Shown here: positions 1-16,241 of the stretch, piece by piece | How positions within the stretch are numbered: the stretch's first letter is position 1 | Layout: each line of letters begins with the position of its first letter | Translations under genes and position numbers: made by a program | The notes under the pieces: generated by a model | Told to the model about the DNA's origin: nothing | The model's input: the letters and a program-made list of their open reading frames with translations, nothing else | Databases searched by the model: none | Source: the human T2T-CHM13v2.0 reference genome, Homo sapiens | Length of the DNA: 64,000 nt | Assembly (NCBI RefSeq): GCF_009914755.1 | Contig: NC_060939.1 | Reading direction: 5' to 3' (one strand)

Positions 1-458
1 CATTTTAAGATATTTCTTGAACTTTTTCTTGTTGTGACAGGCAACCAAATTGATTAAGCCTAGTCATGGGATTTGACACTACAGCCAGTAGACTTCTATT
101 TGTTGATTGCTATTGATTTTCTTTGATACTTCATTTAAAAATCAATAGTTGGAAAGAAAAATAGGCTTGGTTTACACATACTTAAACATACTATTGTATG
201 CTGGAGGAGGCACAAGTTTGGCAGAGCTTTGGCATCCAATTATAAGAAGAGCTCTTAACAGGTGAAAGCAAGGGCTTTAGATCGATATGCAGTTTTCTTT
301 CTCAATCAAGGAAAGTGGCTATAAATTAGGCTCATCAGTGTTATTTCCAAGGCTTTCATGAAGCAAACAACTTTAAACTTTTTTTGTCTTCCTTGGATTT
401 ACATTAAAAGATACATCACTAAGAGTTTTTCTTTTGCTTTTAAGGGTATTTAAGGTAC

Positions 459-595
459 CTGAAGTTCATCCGGGCTTTTATCTTTTTGGCTTTTTTTTTA
501 TTTTTTTGCCGCTCTTCTCCATCTTTCAAAGCTTCTGCTGGAGCTGTACTTTCAACCACAATGTCAATAATGTACTTCTTCAAGGAAAGATGCTC
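459..595 (-). CDS. SCAPER: SCAPER internal coding exon, 137 nt (EHLSLKKYIIDIVVESTAPAEALKDGEERQKNKKKAKKIKARMNF-R)
   Basis: Acceptor TCTTGCAG|GAG, donor CAG|GTACCT. Starts in phase 0, continuing the frame of the 36562-36669 exon across a 36-kb intron. Confidence 0.95.
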
Positions 596-2340
596 CTGCA
601 AGATAAATAAATAAAATAATAATAATGAGGATGATCATTTAAATATAATATAGGATTGCTATAGACTACAGTGAGTTTAAGACATTTGATGAAACTAAAA
701 GTAATCTCCGTAATACACTGGTTTCTACAATTGTTATGGAAAACGTTGAAGAAACTGTTTTACTTAAGGATTTTACATCACTGACTTCACTTCATTGCAT
801 ATCAATTGTGCCAATGCTAAGGCTACATGGACATAAACCCTACCAAGATATCACACAAGTAGAGTAGGAAAGGTAAAATATATTCACAAAACTATAATAT
901 CATCTATAATACCAAGCCAATCAGAGATTTAGAGTGCCGTTAAGAACCCGAAGAGGGAAACAAGATCACTGTTCACTAGGCGGAAGAGGGGGAAACTTCA
1001 GCAAGGAAGCACCATATCTGCTATCCCTTGAAGAAAGGATAAAATGTGAACATACGGATATTAGGTAAGTATATTTGGCCTGTGAGTAGGGTGAGGCTGC
1101 AGGAAGGAAAAAGAAGGTCATCTCAGAAAACACATCCTAGAGATGAGAAAGTGGAATGTGGGTATCCACAGCAAAACTTTGGTTCAGCAAGAGCACATAG
1201 TGTTTGGTCAAGTTCCCCTCCTTATCCATCTTAGATTTTATGGCCTATCACTATAATCATTCTGTTGCCTGTGCTCAACTCTTTTCCCCCTTTCTTCTTT
1301 CATACATGCATGGCAAAATCCCAATCCTAAATTCAACTCTCTCCCTATTCTGAGCCTATGTCTGAAGCAGATTAATGTGGCTATAATTACAAACTTTAAA
1401 TTTATGAAATTACACCTCAAGTGGCCTCTAGTATTCCCAGGCAGTCAAGCAACTTTACATTAGTTAATCTACACACTTGCCTTGCTAAAAATTATTTTAG
1501 ACTCTCTCCTTAAATCTCCAATATCCGTCATCTCCTAACCCCATCTCTCAGTTCATGACTATGTTTATTTGATTAAGGAAAACAGCATTATTCAGACGAG
1601 AGCTTCCACACACTCCCACAGCTAAATGTATCAAACAATGTGCATATGTGCCCGTACACTCTCTTCCCTCCTGTTATAATATATGAACACCTGTTCCTAT
1701 CTAAGAGCAAGTCCTCCAAATATAAACTGGATCCCATTCCTTGTCTCGCATTTTTATGGTTATTTCTCCTCTTATCTACATCATCAGTTTTCCCGTTTCT
1801 ACTTAAATCATCTCAAAAGGATTCTTGTTTGTATGTCTCTGATCAGCTACTATCCTTTTGTACCAAAATTTGTTGAAACAAGTGTATTTTGCCTCTACTT
1901 CCTTAGCTCTCATTCGCTCCCAAACTCATTTTAGTCCAGCTTTTGCCCTTACCACCCTTACCAATCTACAAATTTTCCTTGTCAAGGTCAGTAACGCCAG
2001 TGGCCAATGTTCAGTTCTTATCTGTTTCTTGCAACCTTAGTCCTACAGATAATTTCCTCCTACCTGAGACTCCTTCACTAGGTTTCCTGACATCACATTG
2101 TCCTTCTAACTCATTGGCTGCTCCTTCTAAGTCTTCTTTGCTAGGTCCTTTTCCTCTTCTTGACCTCTAAATGTTGAAGCATCCCAGAGCTATACTCAGA
2201 GCTTTCTTCTTCTCTATCCAAACTCACTCACCTAATGCAGTAACTTGAAGTATTACTCATACATAGAAAATTCTCAAATTTTTATCTCTAGTTCTGACCT
2301 CTCTCCTGAACTCCATTCACCTGCATAAAAATGTCTCCTC

Positions 2341-2430
2341 GAATTGCCTGAAACCAGGAGGTGGAGGTTGCAGTGAGCCGAGATGGTGCCATTGCACTCC
2401 AGCCTGGGCAACAAGAGCGAGACTCAGTCT

Positions 2431-2468
<38 letters not shown>
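2341..2468 (+). mobile_element. 5'-truncated Alu (3' part of right arm) with A37 tail
   Basis: ggaggtggaggttgcagtgagccgagat..gtctc followed by pure A at 2432-2468. Confidence 0.9.
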
Positions 2469-2469
<1 letters not shown>

Positions 2470-2476
2470 GCTCCTC

Positions 2477-2806
<330 letters not shown>

Positions 2807-3659
2807 TTAGGTGGAACATTTCCACAATCAGCATTTCGAAAATAACACGTCTACAACAAAACTCTTATGTTCTTTATATACATCAAATTGTTCTTCTGAA
2901 AGTGTTCTCTATTTGAGTAAACGGTACCATCATTTGCATAATTGCTCACATCCAATACATCAGCAAATCCTATCAGTTCTCTTTTCATATATATCCCCAA
3001 TTCAACCACTTATCCCTACCACCACCACCTGCTCTAAGTCATTTATATTACTGCAATAGCCTCTTAACTGGTCTCACAGTTTCTAATTTGACCCCATAGG
3101 TCTTTTCTCTATAAAAATGGCCACTTATTTTTTTAAAACAACAGTCAAATCACATCATTCCTTTTATCAAAACTTACATTCTCATCACACTTAGGGTAAA
3201 TCCAAATTTCTCACCATGACCTACAAGGCTGAGTCATTGATCTCTCTGATCTCATCTACCATTCTCTTCTTTCTTCACTAAAACTACATCCACAGTGGTC
3301 CTCTTGTTGTTCCCCACATTCATCAGAAACTTTACTGCCTCAGGGCTCTATATATGTTGTTCCCTTAGCCAAGAATATTCTCTTGGGTATTTACGTGGTC
3401 TTGACCAAAGTGAATGCTCAGTCTTAACATACACCCTCTATTATTTGTCATCTCCTTATTTCTTCATAGTCATATCACTGCCTAACATTACATAATCATT
3501 TTCAATTTCCATCCTCAAACATAAGTTTCCCAAGGGCAATGACTTTGTCTGTTTTGTTCACTGATGTTTCTATGCCTAGAACTGTGCCTGGCATATGGCA
3601 AGCACTCAGTAAGTATGTGTTAGATAAATAAAAAGAGAGTCAATGTAATAACAACTAAT

Positions 3660-3935
3660 AATAGTATTTTTCAGCCCTTATTACACAAGATACATTGAGC
3701 TAAGTACTTTATATAATATCATTCATCTCGTCCTTACAACGATACTTAGAAAAAACTTAGAAGGTATATATTTTTATTATCCTCATTTTAACTATGAGAA
3801 AACTTGGACACAAAGCTAACTTTTTCAAAGTTAGAAGGCCAAAACCATGACTGAGTGACACTGCAGCTAGTAAAGTGACAGAGCCTAAATTTAAACCCAG
3901 ACAGTGTGATTAGGGAATCCACATTCTTGACTACT
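3660..3935 (-). mobile_element. MIR
   Basis: attatcctcatttta..tgagaaaact..cagctagtaaagtgacagagc..aaacccagacag. Confidence 0.6.
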
Positions 3936-4023
3936 ACCTTAGAGATATGGCTGGAAATAGGTCTGAGCTACAGAGTTGTGCTCACTTTCCAAATTATGAA
4001 CCTACCAACAAAAAACAAGCAGC

Positions 4024-4046
4024 AACAACAACAACAACAACAACAA
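4024..4046. repeat. (CAA)n short repeat
   Basis: Read directly. Confidence 0.85.
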
Positions 4047-4324
4047 AAACCCACAGACAAATGAAGAAAGTATTCTCTCACTGTAGAATATTTTCTTTGA
4101 TAAACTAGGCCTATGGTATACTATACCTTTATACAGTAGCACTAACATAAAGCAATGATTTAAGTAGTAAGTACACACATATAAAAAAACTTAAAACAAA
4201 TAACCCAGGTCTTTCTTTTCAAAGAAAGAAAACAGCGAGTGGCAGGGAGGAGAAAACCCTCTTCCCATTATCTCCCAAAGACATATGGAACAAAGCAAGT
4301 CATATATGAAAGCACCATCCATAC

Positions 4325-4575
4325 TACCATTTATTGAACACTTATTATGTGATTAGCAAAGGACTGAATCAATTACATACATTATTTCCTATCATCTTCA
4401 CAATCCCATAAAGCAGGTGGTAGTATGTTTACATTTCACAGATGGTTAACAAACACAGATGTTTACTGATGCAAATCTCAAAGAAGTTTGGTATAATGCC
4501 CATGGTCACAAAGCTCAAGATCAAAACCACGACTGGCTGACTTTACAAGATCAAGGTTTTTTATTACTCCACATT
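4325..4575 (-). mobile_element. MIR
   Basis: ccatttattgaacacttattatgtg..catttcacagatg..gcccatggtcaca. Confidence 0.5.
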
Positions 4576-5865
4576 CCCTCCCGCCATGCTGCTCATGCAG
4601 GCTAGTCTCCGACATGTGATTTGATCACTACACTGAGGAAAAGAAATATTCTAAATGATATCTTCAGTTTTGTGAAAGATCCAAATTATACAATTTTCAG
4701 TTGTATATAAATGTTATTTACATATCTAACAGAAACCACTCAGGAAACTTATACACAAATGCAGTCACTAAACAAAAAAACTTGGACTCTATCCAGAACT
4801 ATCAAGAATCATATCTTTATTATAGACAACGCCTTTACACACATATTCACATACAAAACCACATACATCAGGCATTCATATTAATGTTAATGTTTTTAAA
4901 ATCTCAAACCAGAGACAAATGAGCATGTTTTTGTTTGACTTAATAGTAAACTTTTTCTTAACACAAAAACGTGTTCATTATACAAAATATATATAAATAA
5001 AAATTAAAATATTTCTAATACCTAGAAAAAAACTGTTTTGAAGTATATTCTTCCAGACATTGTTCTTTGCACATATAGTTTTTTAAAAATAGGTTCTCCC
5101 ATTTATGAAATTTTTAAATTTGCTATATTTGATATAAATATATATTCCTTCCATTAAATAATAATTCTACAACATAAGCTAACAGATGTAAGCTATTCCA
5201 TTTCATGAATATACCTATTTTGAGTAATGCCTTATTGTTAGACATGTGGATAATTTTTAATTTTTCAATGTCATAAGTAGTGCAACAAAATATTCCTATA
5301 GTTCAAATTTAAACAAATAGTCAATTATTCCTTTATGATCAAATCACAGAAATGAAAAACCTGGGCCACAGATTATACATATTTTTAAGACTTTTGATAA
5401 CTATTCTCAAATTGAACAATCAAAATGGGAATTAATTTATGTCCCCGCAAGTGGTTTGCCAGTATGTGGTGTTCCTGTTTTGTTTCTAAATCTCTGGATT
5501 AGTTAACTGAAATATTGGTATTAGTATGCTTGACCATTTGTCTGCATTTTGTTTTCTGTGACTTAGGATGTTTCTTCTGTCCAGTTTTCTATAAATACAT
5601 TTCAAGTCTTTACATATTACCTTTTAATGGTTTGCATTATGCTTTTGCTTCTTCTAAGAGAGAGATCACCTTTTGATGATAAAAGAGTAAAAATCATCTA
5701 TCTGTCCATTAAAATAATTACAGTGTTATACAGGAAGAAAGTTTTGACATGGTTTCTGAAGATGGAAAGCATGTAAAAAGAAGCTTTTTCAACACTGAGG
5801 GAGTGGTTTAGTAAATTATGGTATATTTCTATGAAGAAGTAATAGTCATTAAAATCCTTATTAAA

Positions 5866-8400
<2,535 letters not shown>

Positions 8401-8756
8401 GGAGGCTGAATAGACACACACATATACACGTATTTCATTTCTTCATTTCCTAATTCTGTTCACAATGATCAACCCAGTAGCAATGAGCATCTCTGATTAT
8501 GGTCTTGAAATATCATTTCCCAGTAAAAGTAAGCAGAGTTTCTTACCAAAATGGCTGATAATAAGTCTAACACCTTGTCAAACTGGGTAGCAAGGCAACT
8601 ATCAAATTTGACTGGGCTCATGTCAAAAGGACTTGAAAACAAACTCTAAAAGACTCTCACTGAACAAAAGATGGCATAATTTGAGATTCAAACAGGAAAA
8701 CTACAAATCACTGAAACCCATTAAAAACATTTAAATCCATCAATTCATAATTTATC

Positions 8757-8760
<4 letters not shown>

Positions 8761-8790
<30 letters not shown>
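8761..8790. repeat. (CA)15 microsatellite
   Basis: Read directly. Confidence 0.95.
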
Positions 8791-8793
<3 letters not shown>

Positions 8794-9214
8794 CAATCAG
8801 ATAACTTTGGAGGATAATAGGAAACCAGTTCATTATCTTGAAAACTGGTAAATAATAAAAAATGTGTACTGACTTACACACATATTTACAAACTGTACTC
8901 AGTAGCCAAATAGTAGATGAGGGAACCATTTCTTTATAAATGTATTACAAATAATAAATGAAAATGAAATGCAGAACTGGAATATCCCCATATCTATTAA
9001 TTAGTGGATCTAGGTACTAAGCGTCAATAGCTGATACGTCAATACCACAAAAATAAAAAACAATCAAACATTATGTTCATCTTGATGAAAGAACTCAACA
9101 CCAATTATAGTCTTACCAAATGGATCAAACCTGAGTCTAAGACTCTAGGTTCATGTGTCTATAAGGGAGGAAATAAAGAGGACAAAGAAATATTGCACTG
9201 CACCAGACTCCATA

Positions 9215-9600
9215 GTAATAGAGCTTTATAGCAAGTCACATAAGTCTTTCACTATGAACTGAATTTCCAGTCCTTCCTGTAGCTTGAGGTGACCATGTGA
9301 CTGAGTACTCATCAATGGAAAATGAATGCATACTCGGTGTTTTAAGGTCCATTTACTCTTCCCCTTCTGCAAATTCCAACAGAAAAGAGCCTGTAACAAC
9401 AGCTCTAATCATGAAGGGAGGGCATACCTGAAGAGATGGTAAAGACAGAAGATGGGTCCCTGAAAAAATATGTCACATAAAGCGACCCTGAAAACCTACT
9501 CTGCTTACCTCAGAACTGTACTGTAAAAAATAAATTTCTATGTTCTTAAAATCACTGTATTTTGGTGCTTCTATAGCAGCTTAGACCTTTCCCTAATACA
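9215..9600 (+). mobile_element. MLT1-family (MaLR) LTR remnant
   Basis: gaccatgtgactgagt..aataaatttctatgttcttaa..atagcagc..ctaataca. Confidence 0.6.
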
Positions 9601-10536
9601 ATTATGCAGCAAAGTTTTATACATAATATATATTTTGTGTGTATTTATATGTATACATTGGCACGCATAAAGTAACATAAGAAAAGGCAAAAATTAAAAT
9701 TTCTCACTAGATGATTGTGACAAGTTTTAAATTTCCTCTTTTATAAGAAGCATGTGTTACTTTCGGAAGCAGAAAGAAAACCTCCATAAAAAATAGCCAT
9801 AATGAAATGTTACCTGGAATTGACTTCAAGATAGTACTTATGGAGAGCGGATGGAATGCCAATGAGGCAGGATTTACCACAAGTTTATCACTGCAAGGTT
9901 GTGTGATGAGTAAGTGGAGGTTCATCATACTATTCTGTCAACTATTATGTATGTTTTAAATTCACCATAATAGTTTACAAAAGAGTCATTTTGTAGAGAA
10001 AAATAATATATACATATAAATCTTAAAATTCCATGTTTGGCTTGCCAAATAAGTAGATGAAATTATAATATTTATATCTCTCAAGCGTCTAAGACCTGAA
10101 CTTAAAACGAAATTAACACATTTGTGCACTATTCAAGTGCTGAAAGCATATACTGTACTGCAAGTTTGAAATCTGTTATAAGGATAGGAGAAAACAATCT
10201 TCTGCAGAAAAGTAAAATTAATAAGGATATGCTTTACTGAAAGAAGAGGTGATATATTTGTATTGACCTCATCACTTTCCTTGCTTGGTTCTCTTATGTC
10301 TGAGGCTATGGAACAGGACAAAATTTAACTGGCAATTACAGAATGATGCAGAAGCTGAACCTTCTAAGTAACAATGCTGACAAAAAACGGTCAGGCTCTG
10401 CTTTCTGGAGCTACTTTGAAGTGAAGGTTCTAATGCCCTTCCCATAATTCCATAGCCAAATCTGCCATGATACGAAGTACACTAACGGGATCCATATACT
10501 AACTTGTAGGTTCTGAAATTACTCTTGCTACTCTAG

Positions 10537-10986
<450 letters not shown>

Positions 10987-12149
10987 TGAACTCTGCTCAG
11001 AACCTTAGAATGCAACCTTTGGGCCCTGAGCCTTGATGGCATCCTTTCTTAACACCCCACTTCCTTCACCCAGCCTGCACTGGCTGGGATCAGAAAAACA
11101 CAGAAATTTTACCTCCTTTTATTTCAAATGCTGTTCGCTTCAAGTCATCTATAGCTCCAGCCATCAAAAAGATGGAGGTCTTTGGATACTGGTATACCTG
11201 CCTCTGTTCTACATAGTCACATTTCATAACAATCTACCTTGCTAAACAGTCAACTAGTCTTATACCCCAGTCTACCTAATATTTAGTAAGTGATCAGTCA
11301 AAAAAAGGTACTTTAAATAATTTTATTTCTGAAAAATTGCCATAATGAAATAGAGATGTACAAAAAGATTTCTCTATAAAGATATTCACTGCAGTGAGAT
11401 TTACAACAAAATATCAGCAGTAAGAAATTGATTACATAAATTATGGCACATGCATTGAGATGATACTATATAAATTTAATTTTAAACAATATTAATTATA
11501 TTAAAATTTTCATTGTATAATGTTAAATAGAAATTCTGGATTCAAATCTATGCAATGCAGTTTATATATAAATGTGTGAGTTTTATATATTTGGGCATAA
11601 AAAGAAGAAAATAATTAGATCAAAATGTTAATACAGCAGGCATTACTTTGTTTTTGCTTCAATTTTCTACAATAAATATATATTAATATGTACTTTATTA
11701 TAAATATTATAAATAGTGTTATTAAGGAAATGGAAGAAAAAGCAGTATCTTTCAAGTAAAGAGGGTCAATTTGCATAAGGTTATAGTTGTTGTACAATAT
11801 CTGTTGTATAGACATCACTTATCTTTTTGTATCTATTCTCAAAGCTAATTACTATGTCACAGGCACAAGTAAAAGCAAAGATATACCCTGTGAGACACAG
11901 TAGATAAGACTGACTTACTCATTTTCAAAATGTGAATCACAATAAAAATCTTCCCAAAAGGTGCCTGGATCTCCTTCCTTCCTAATATAATTTTTAAAAT
12001 GTGACTTCTAGCCTCACTGAATCCTGCATAATACAATTCCTATCTCCTACTAAGAGAATCAGAAATGAGTCTTAGTTGACCATATTTCATACTGTTAATT
12101 CTAATTAAGCCTTAATAGGGACACTGTTTTTATTTTAGGTATAGAAAAG

Positions 12150-12315
12150 CAGCTTGATGCAGTAGAAGGAGCACTAAACTGTGAGTCAAGAGATCCACAC
12201 CAAGATAAAGTCTGCAACTCATGACTGACTGACTTCTCTAGGCATCAGTTTCCTAATTAGTAAAATTAAGGGATTAGATAATAAATTATAAAGTCCTCCT
12301 TCCCTAATATTCTAA
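12150..12315 (+). mobile_element. MIR/MIR3 fragment
   Basis: gagcactaaactgtgagtcaagag..ggcatcagtttcctaattagtaaaat. Confidence 0.5.
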
Positions 12316-15197
12316 AAATCAATGTAACAAGCCCAAAAGCTAATTAATGGTGGCTAATTCCACACACACAATAAAATTTTAAGTCTAGTTTTTAAGTCAC
12401 ACTGTAAAATTTTAAACAACACTGCTATAGTTTAAAATAATAATAATGTACATAAAGAAACTAATACGTATGCAGACATGATCTCATCAAAGTTTACACC
12501 CTTCTTATTCTTTTAATTACCTTTTATGGCATACTAGACCAAAGCTCTGGTTTTCCTAACATAATTTACCGTATTCTATGAAATAATTCATACTCAGGTT
12601 TATGACCTTGATAGTCTATCAGACTCCTCCTAAGGGTTCCCATATTTCCTATTTTTTAAGAGACATGGGGAAAAAAACTGACCAATAGGTTCATGATCTT
12701 TGGAAAAGAATAAAAGTTCTAAAAATAGAATAGGCAGGAAATATAAATGACACAACACAGAATTTCATTAAGCTGCCATTTTTAGAGTTCTGTCAAGTGT
12801 TGTCTCAAACACATTCCATAAAATGTGGCACAATGAAGCAAATAATCTCCTTCCCATTATTTTAAATATTATAATAGAATTTAGAATATTCAAAGATACT
12901 TTTCTTCCTAGATCAAATGGATTTAAATGTACACTTTGAAAAAAAGGATCCAAAGCTTAATTACAGTAATACAAATTTTTTTATTAGAAAATCAGAGTTT
13001 TTCAAAAAAAATTCAATGTCTTGCTTAAAGGCTTATTTCTTTAAAGTTTATTTTTAAGACCAGGGTGGAAACCAAGTTACAAATCTAAATACATAAAAAA
13101 TTAGTGCAACGGTTTTCACATGTCATTTGGAAAAAAATTTCCTCTCAGTCTCAGCCTACATTTTATCAACTTTGGAATCTAAAATCCAGTTTTACCAGTT
13201 AACTGAAAAATCCATTTTTTTCCTCACATTTAAAAAATATTATTAAGTATACCACCGCTTTAAGCCTGCCCAGCACGACAACAAATAAGATAAATAGGAA
13301 GCATTTATAATACTCCCTCACTGCCTTCTACCCAAATTGGGAAGGGGTGAGGGACTGAAGGGTTAAAACTTATATTTCTTGTTTCTCTGGATGATGAAGA
13401 GGGTGAGAGAAGTAAAAGGTGAGGAAGGTATAGGAGGGCAGGAAAGAGATCAAGGTACCTGGAAGAGAAAGAAGAAGAAGGAAAATTGGGAGAACAAGAC
13501 AGAGAAACAGATAAAAGAAGGGAAAAATAAAGGAACACTCACCTAAAAACAAAGGGCATTTTTAGACAGCACTTTATCACATATTTTATATAGCATCCCC
13601 ATAGATACAGCATACTGAAGATAATAAGTTAGGGTTTTAGCTCAATTCACTAACATTTAATTCAAAACCTACTATGTATCAAGGACTTATGCTAACTGCT
13701 TAAGTTAAGGAGGAATGATTCTCTGGGGGCCAGAGTTTTATTCAGACTAAGACCAAAGGAATCTGTAGTAAACTGTTCTTTTCATAGATGATCACTCATC
13801 CAAGAAAACATTCCAACAGATTATGTTCCAGAAAGTACACAGAGGAACTCTTTAAAGCTGATTTGTAATTACGAATGTCTTGGATGGCATTAGGCATATC
13901 AAATAAAGTATCCACGGACAGTATTCAAACACTATTCAAAAATGAAGACAACAATATAGAAAAATTACTTAATTCATATAAAAATGAGTGTGTTTAGAGA
14001 TTCAAGAAACTGTGAAATTTGTCAGAGGTGGGCTCACATGACATCTTTTACCTATGTTTCCCTAGCACCTGGCCTAATAGAGATTACACAAGCAAGTGCT
14101 CAAGAAATGCTTTTAAAAATAAAAGAAAAAGACTGACAGTTCCATTATATTTAAGTTTAAAATTCTGTCAAACAGTAAATTTGAGAAAATCTGAAAATCT
14201 GAAATGCAATGCATTTTTATCATTTATGCATCATTTATTATTTATGCATCATTTGTGACTACATCACTTTAAACATATATGGCAATGACAACTTCTGAAA
14301 ATAAATATGTCATTTTAATTATACAAAAGATTCAACTCTGCTAAGGTCCCTTTCCACAGATGTAGGATATACTTATATTTTTATCAGTTACAATTTATTT
14401 ATTATATTGTTTAAAGTGACAGATGAGAAAAATAAAGCTAATGAAATACTGTGAAACAGACACCATGCAAAAGAGAAAAGCCATCCACTGATAAGGATGA
14501 CAGTTCACCATCTGTCCCCTCACCACTCAGTGACAATTACAAATACTCCATCAGTTTTCTGGTAGGTGGCAATGATGAATGAGGTAAACCCTTCTTTTGC
14601 AGATTCTGATGTTCCTTTCTGATCTAATCTGAGGTTTAACAGACAACTCAAAGGAAAGCCCACAGTTCAAAAAGGTTATTAATTTATCATGCTGTGAAGA
14701 ATAAGAAACGTCTGAGCTCAATATTGCAACAAGGAATGATTCAGTTGTACTGAACCATGCCTTGTAATGAAAGGTGTTTTCTCAGAATTCTCAGATTTCA
14801 AATACAGCAACTTGACTAGTAACAGGCTTCATCCTTAGAAAATATTTTAGTAATAGAGTAACAGTAATACCATATATCACAAATAACATCAATCTTTCAA
14901 ACCAAGATCAAAGGGAAGATAATGCTCAGAGCCAGAAGTCCTTAGTTTCGAGTAGCTTCCACAGCCATAGGTGACAAGGGCTTGAGGGTGTCAGCAGCTT
15001 CATCACAGTGCTGTTAACTTCTAAATACTGACCAAAAAAATGCATGCAAATATACAATACATAGGTTAAAAGTAGAATGACAGAAAATGATATACCATCC
15101 TAACACAACAGAAAAGAAAGCTGAAATGGCTATATTAATATTAAACCAGGTAAATTTCAGAGCAAAGAATATGCACAGGGACAAAGTAGGTCATTTC

Positions 15198-15212
15198 ATG
15201 ATGATGATGATG

Positions 15213-15248
<36 letters not shown>
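15198..15248. repeat. Compound (ATG)5(ATA)12 microsatellite
   Basis: Read directly; source of the M/I runs in ORF 15087-15272. Confidence 0.9.
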
Positions 15249-15249
<1 letters not shown>

Positions 15250-15286
15250 AGGGGCCAATTAAGAAAACCTAACAATCCTTAGCATT

Positions 15287-15706
15287 TGCTATACCTTGGA
15301 TGCTTGTCCACTCCAAATTTCATATTAAAATTTGATCCCTAATGTTGGAGGTGGGGCATACTGGGAAGTTATTGGGTGATGGGGGTGGATGCCTTATGAT
15401 TAGATAAAGGCCCTTCCTTGGTGGAGCGGTGAGTCCTTCCTCTATTAGTTCCCATGAGAGCTGCTGGTTAAAAAGAGCCTAGAACCTCCCTCTTCACTCT
15501 CTTGCTTCCTCTCTCACCATGTGATCTCTGCATGCACCAGCTCCTCTTCACTTTCTGACATGAGTGGAAGCACCCTGAGGACCTCACTATGTGCTCAATC
15601 TTAAACCTTCCAGCTAGCAGAACTGTCAGCTAAAGAGATGTCTTTTCTTTATAAATTAACCAGCCTCAGGTGTTCTTCTGAAGCAACACAAAAACATACT
15701 AAGACA
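15287..15706 (+). mobile_element. MST-family (MaLR) solo LTR
   Basis: TG..CA ends (tgctata..ctaagaca), ccctaatgttggaggtggggc and tctttataaatta..cagcctcagg motifs, approximate catt flanking duplication. Confidence 0.85.
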
Positions 15707-16241
15707 CATTTATATAGCTAATAATACAATTGAAGACTACATGAAGACAAACACACAATTAAAATCAGAGATTTCAATATCCTCTCTCAAAAACTGGTGA
15801 GACAAGAGAAAAATCAGCAAGGATACAGTAGATGAGGAAAGTTTTGAGGTGATAAATTTGTTCACTATCTTGATCATGGTGATGGTTCCATGGTGTTATG
15901 TATATGCCAAAATTAATTAAATTGTACACTTAAAAATCAGGGTAAGAAATGTATGATAGTTATACCTCAAAGCTCTCTACTGTAATACACATTTCTAAGA
16001 AAAATCTATTCCTAACCCTATAAACAAAAGGAGAACTTACCCAATTTTCAAATTTCCTACAGTAAGAAACATTGTAAAATAAAATAATTATGCATATTAC
16101 AATACTATTAAATACTGTGTCCACTTAAAAACAAATCCTCAACTAAAAGATAAATACTATAAGACTAGTTTAACAGAAGAAAATCCAGGCACAAGCTATC
16201 TGTAAGAGACCCATCTAAGACCAAAGGGGATACAAAACAGT

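Noticed and set aside
2222-2250. TAG|GTGAGT on minus as another recursive site
   Set aside because: No real polypyrimidine tract upstream.
14360-14900. Unique segment with GATA and E-box words as an enhancer
   Set aside because: Short motifs are expected by chance. It cannot be supported without conservation or chromatin data.
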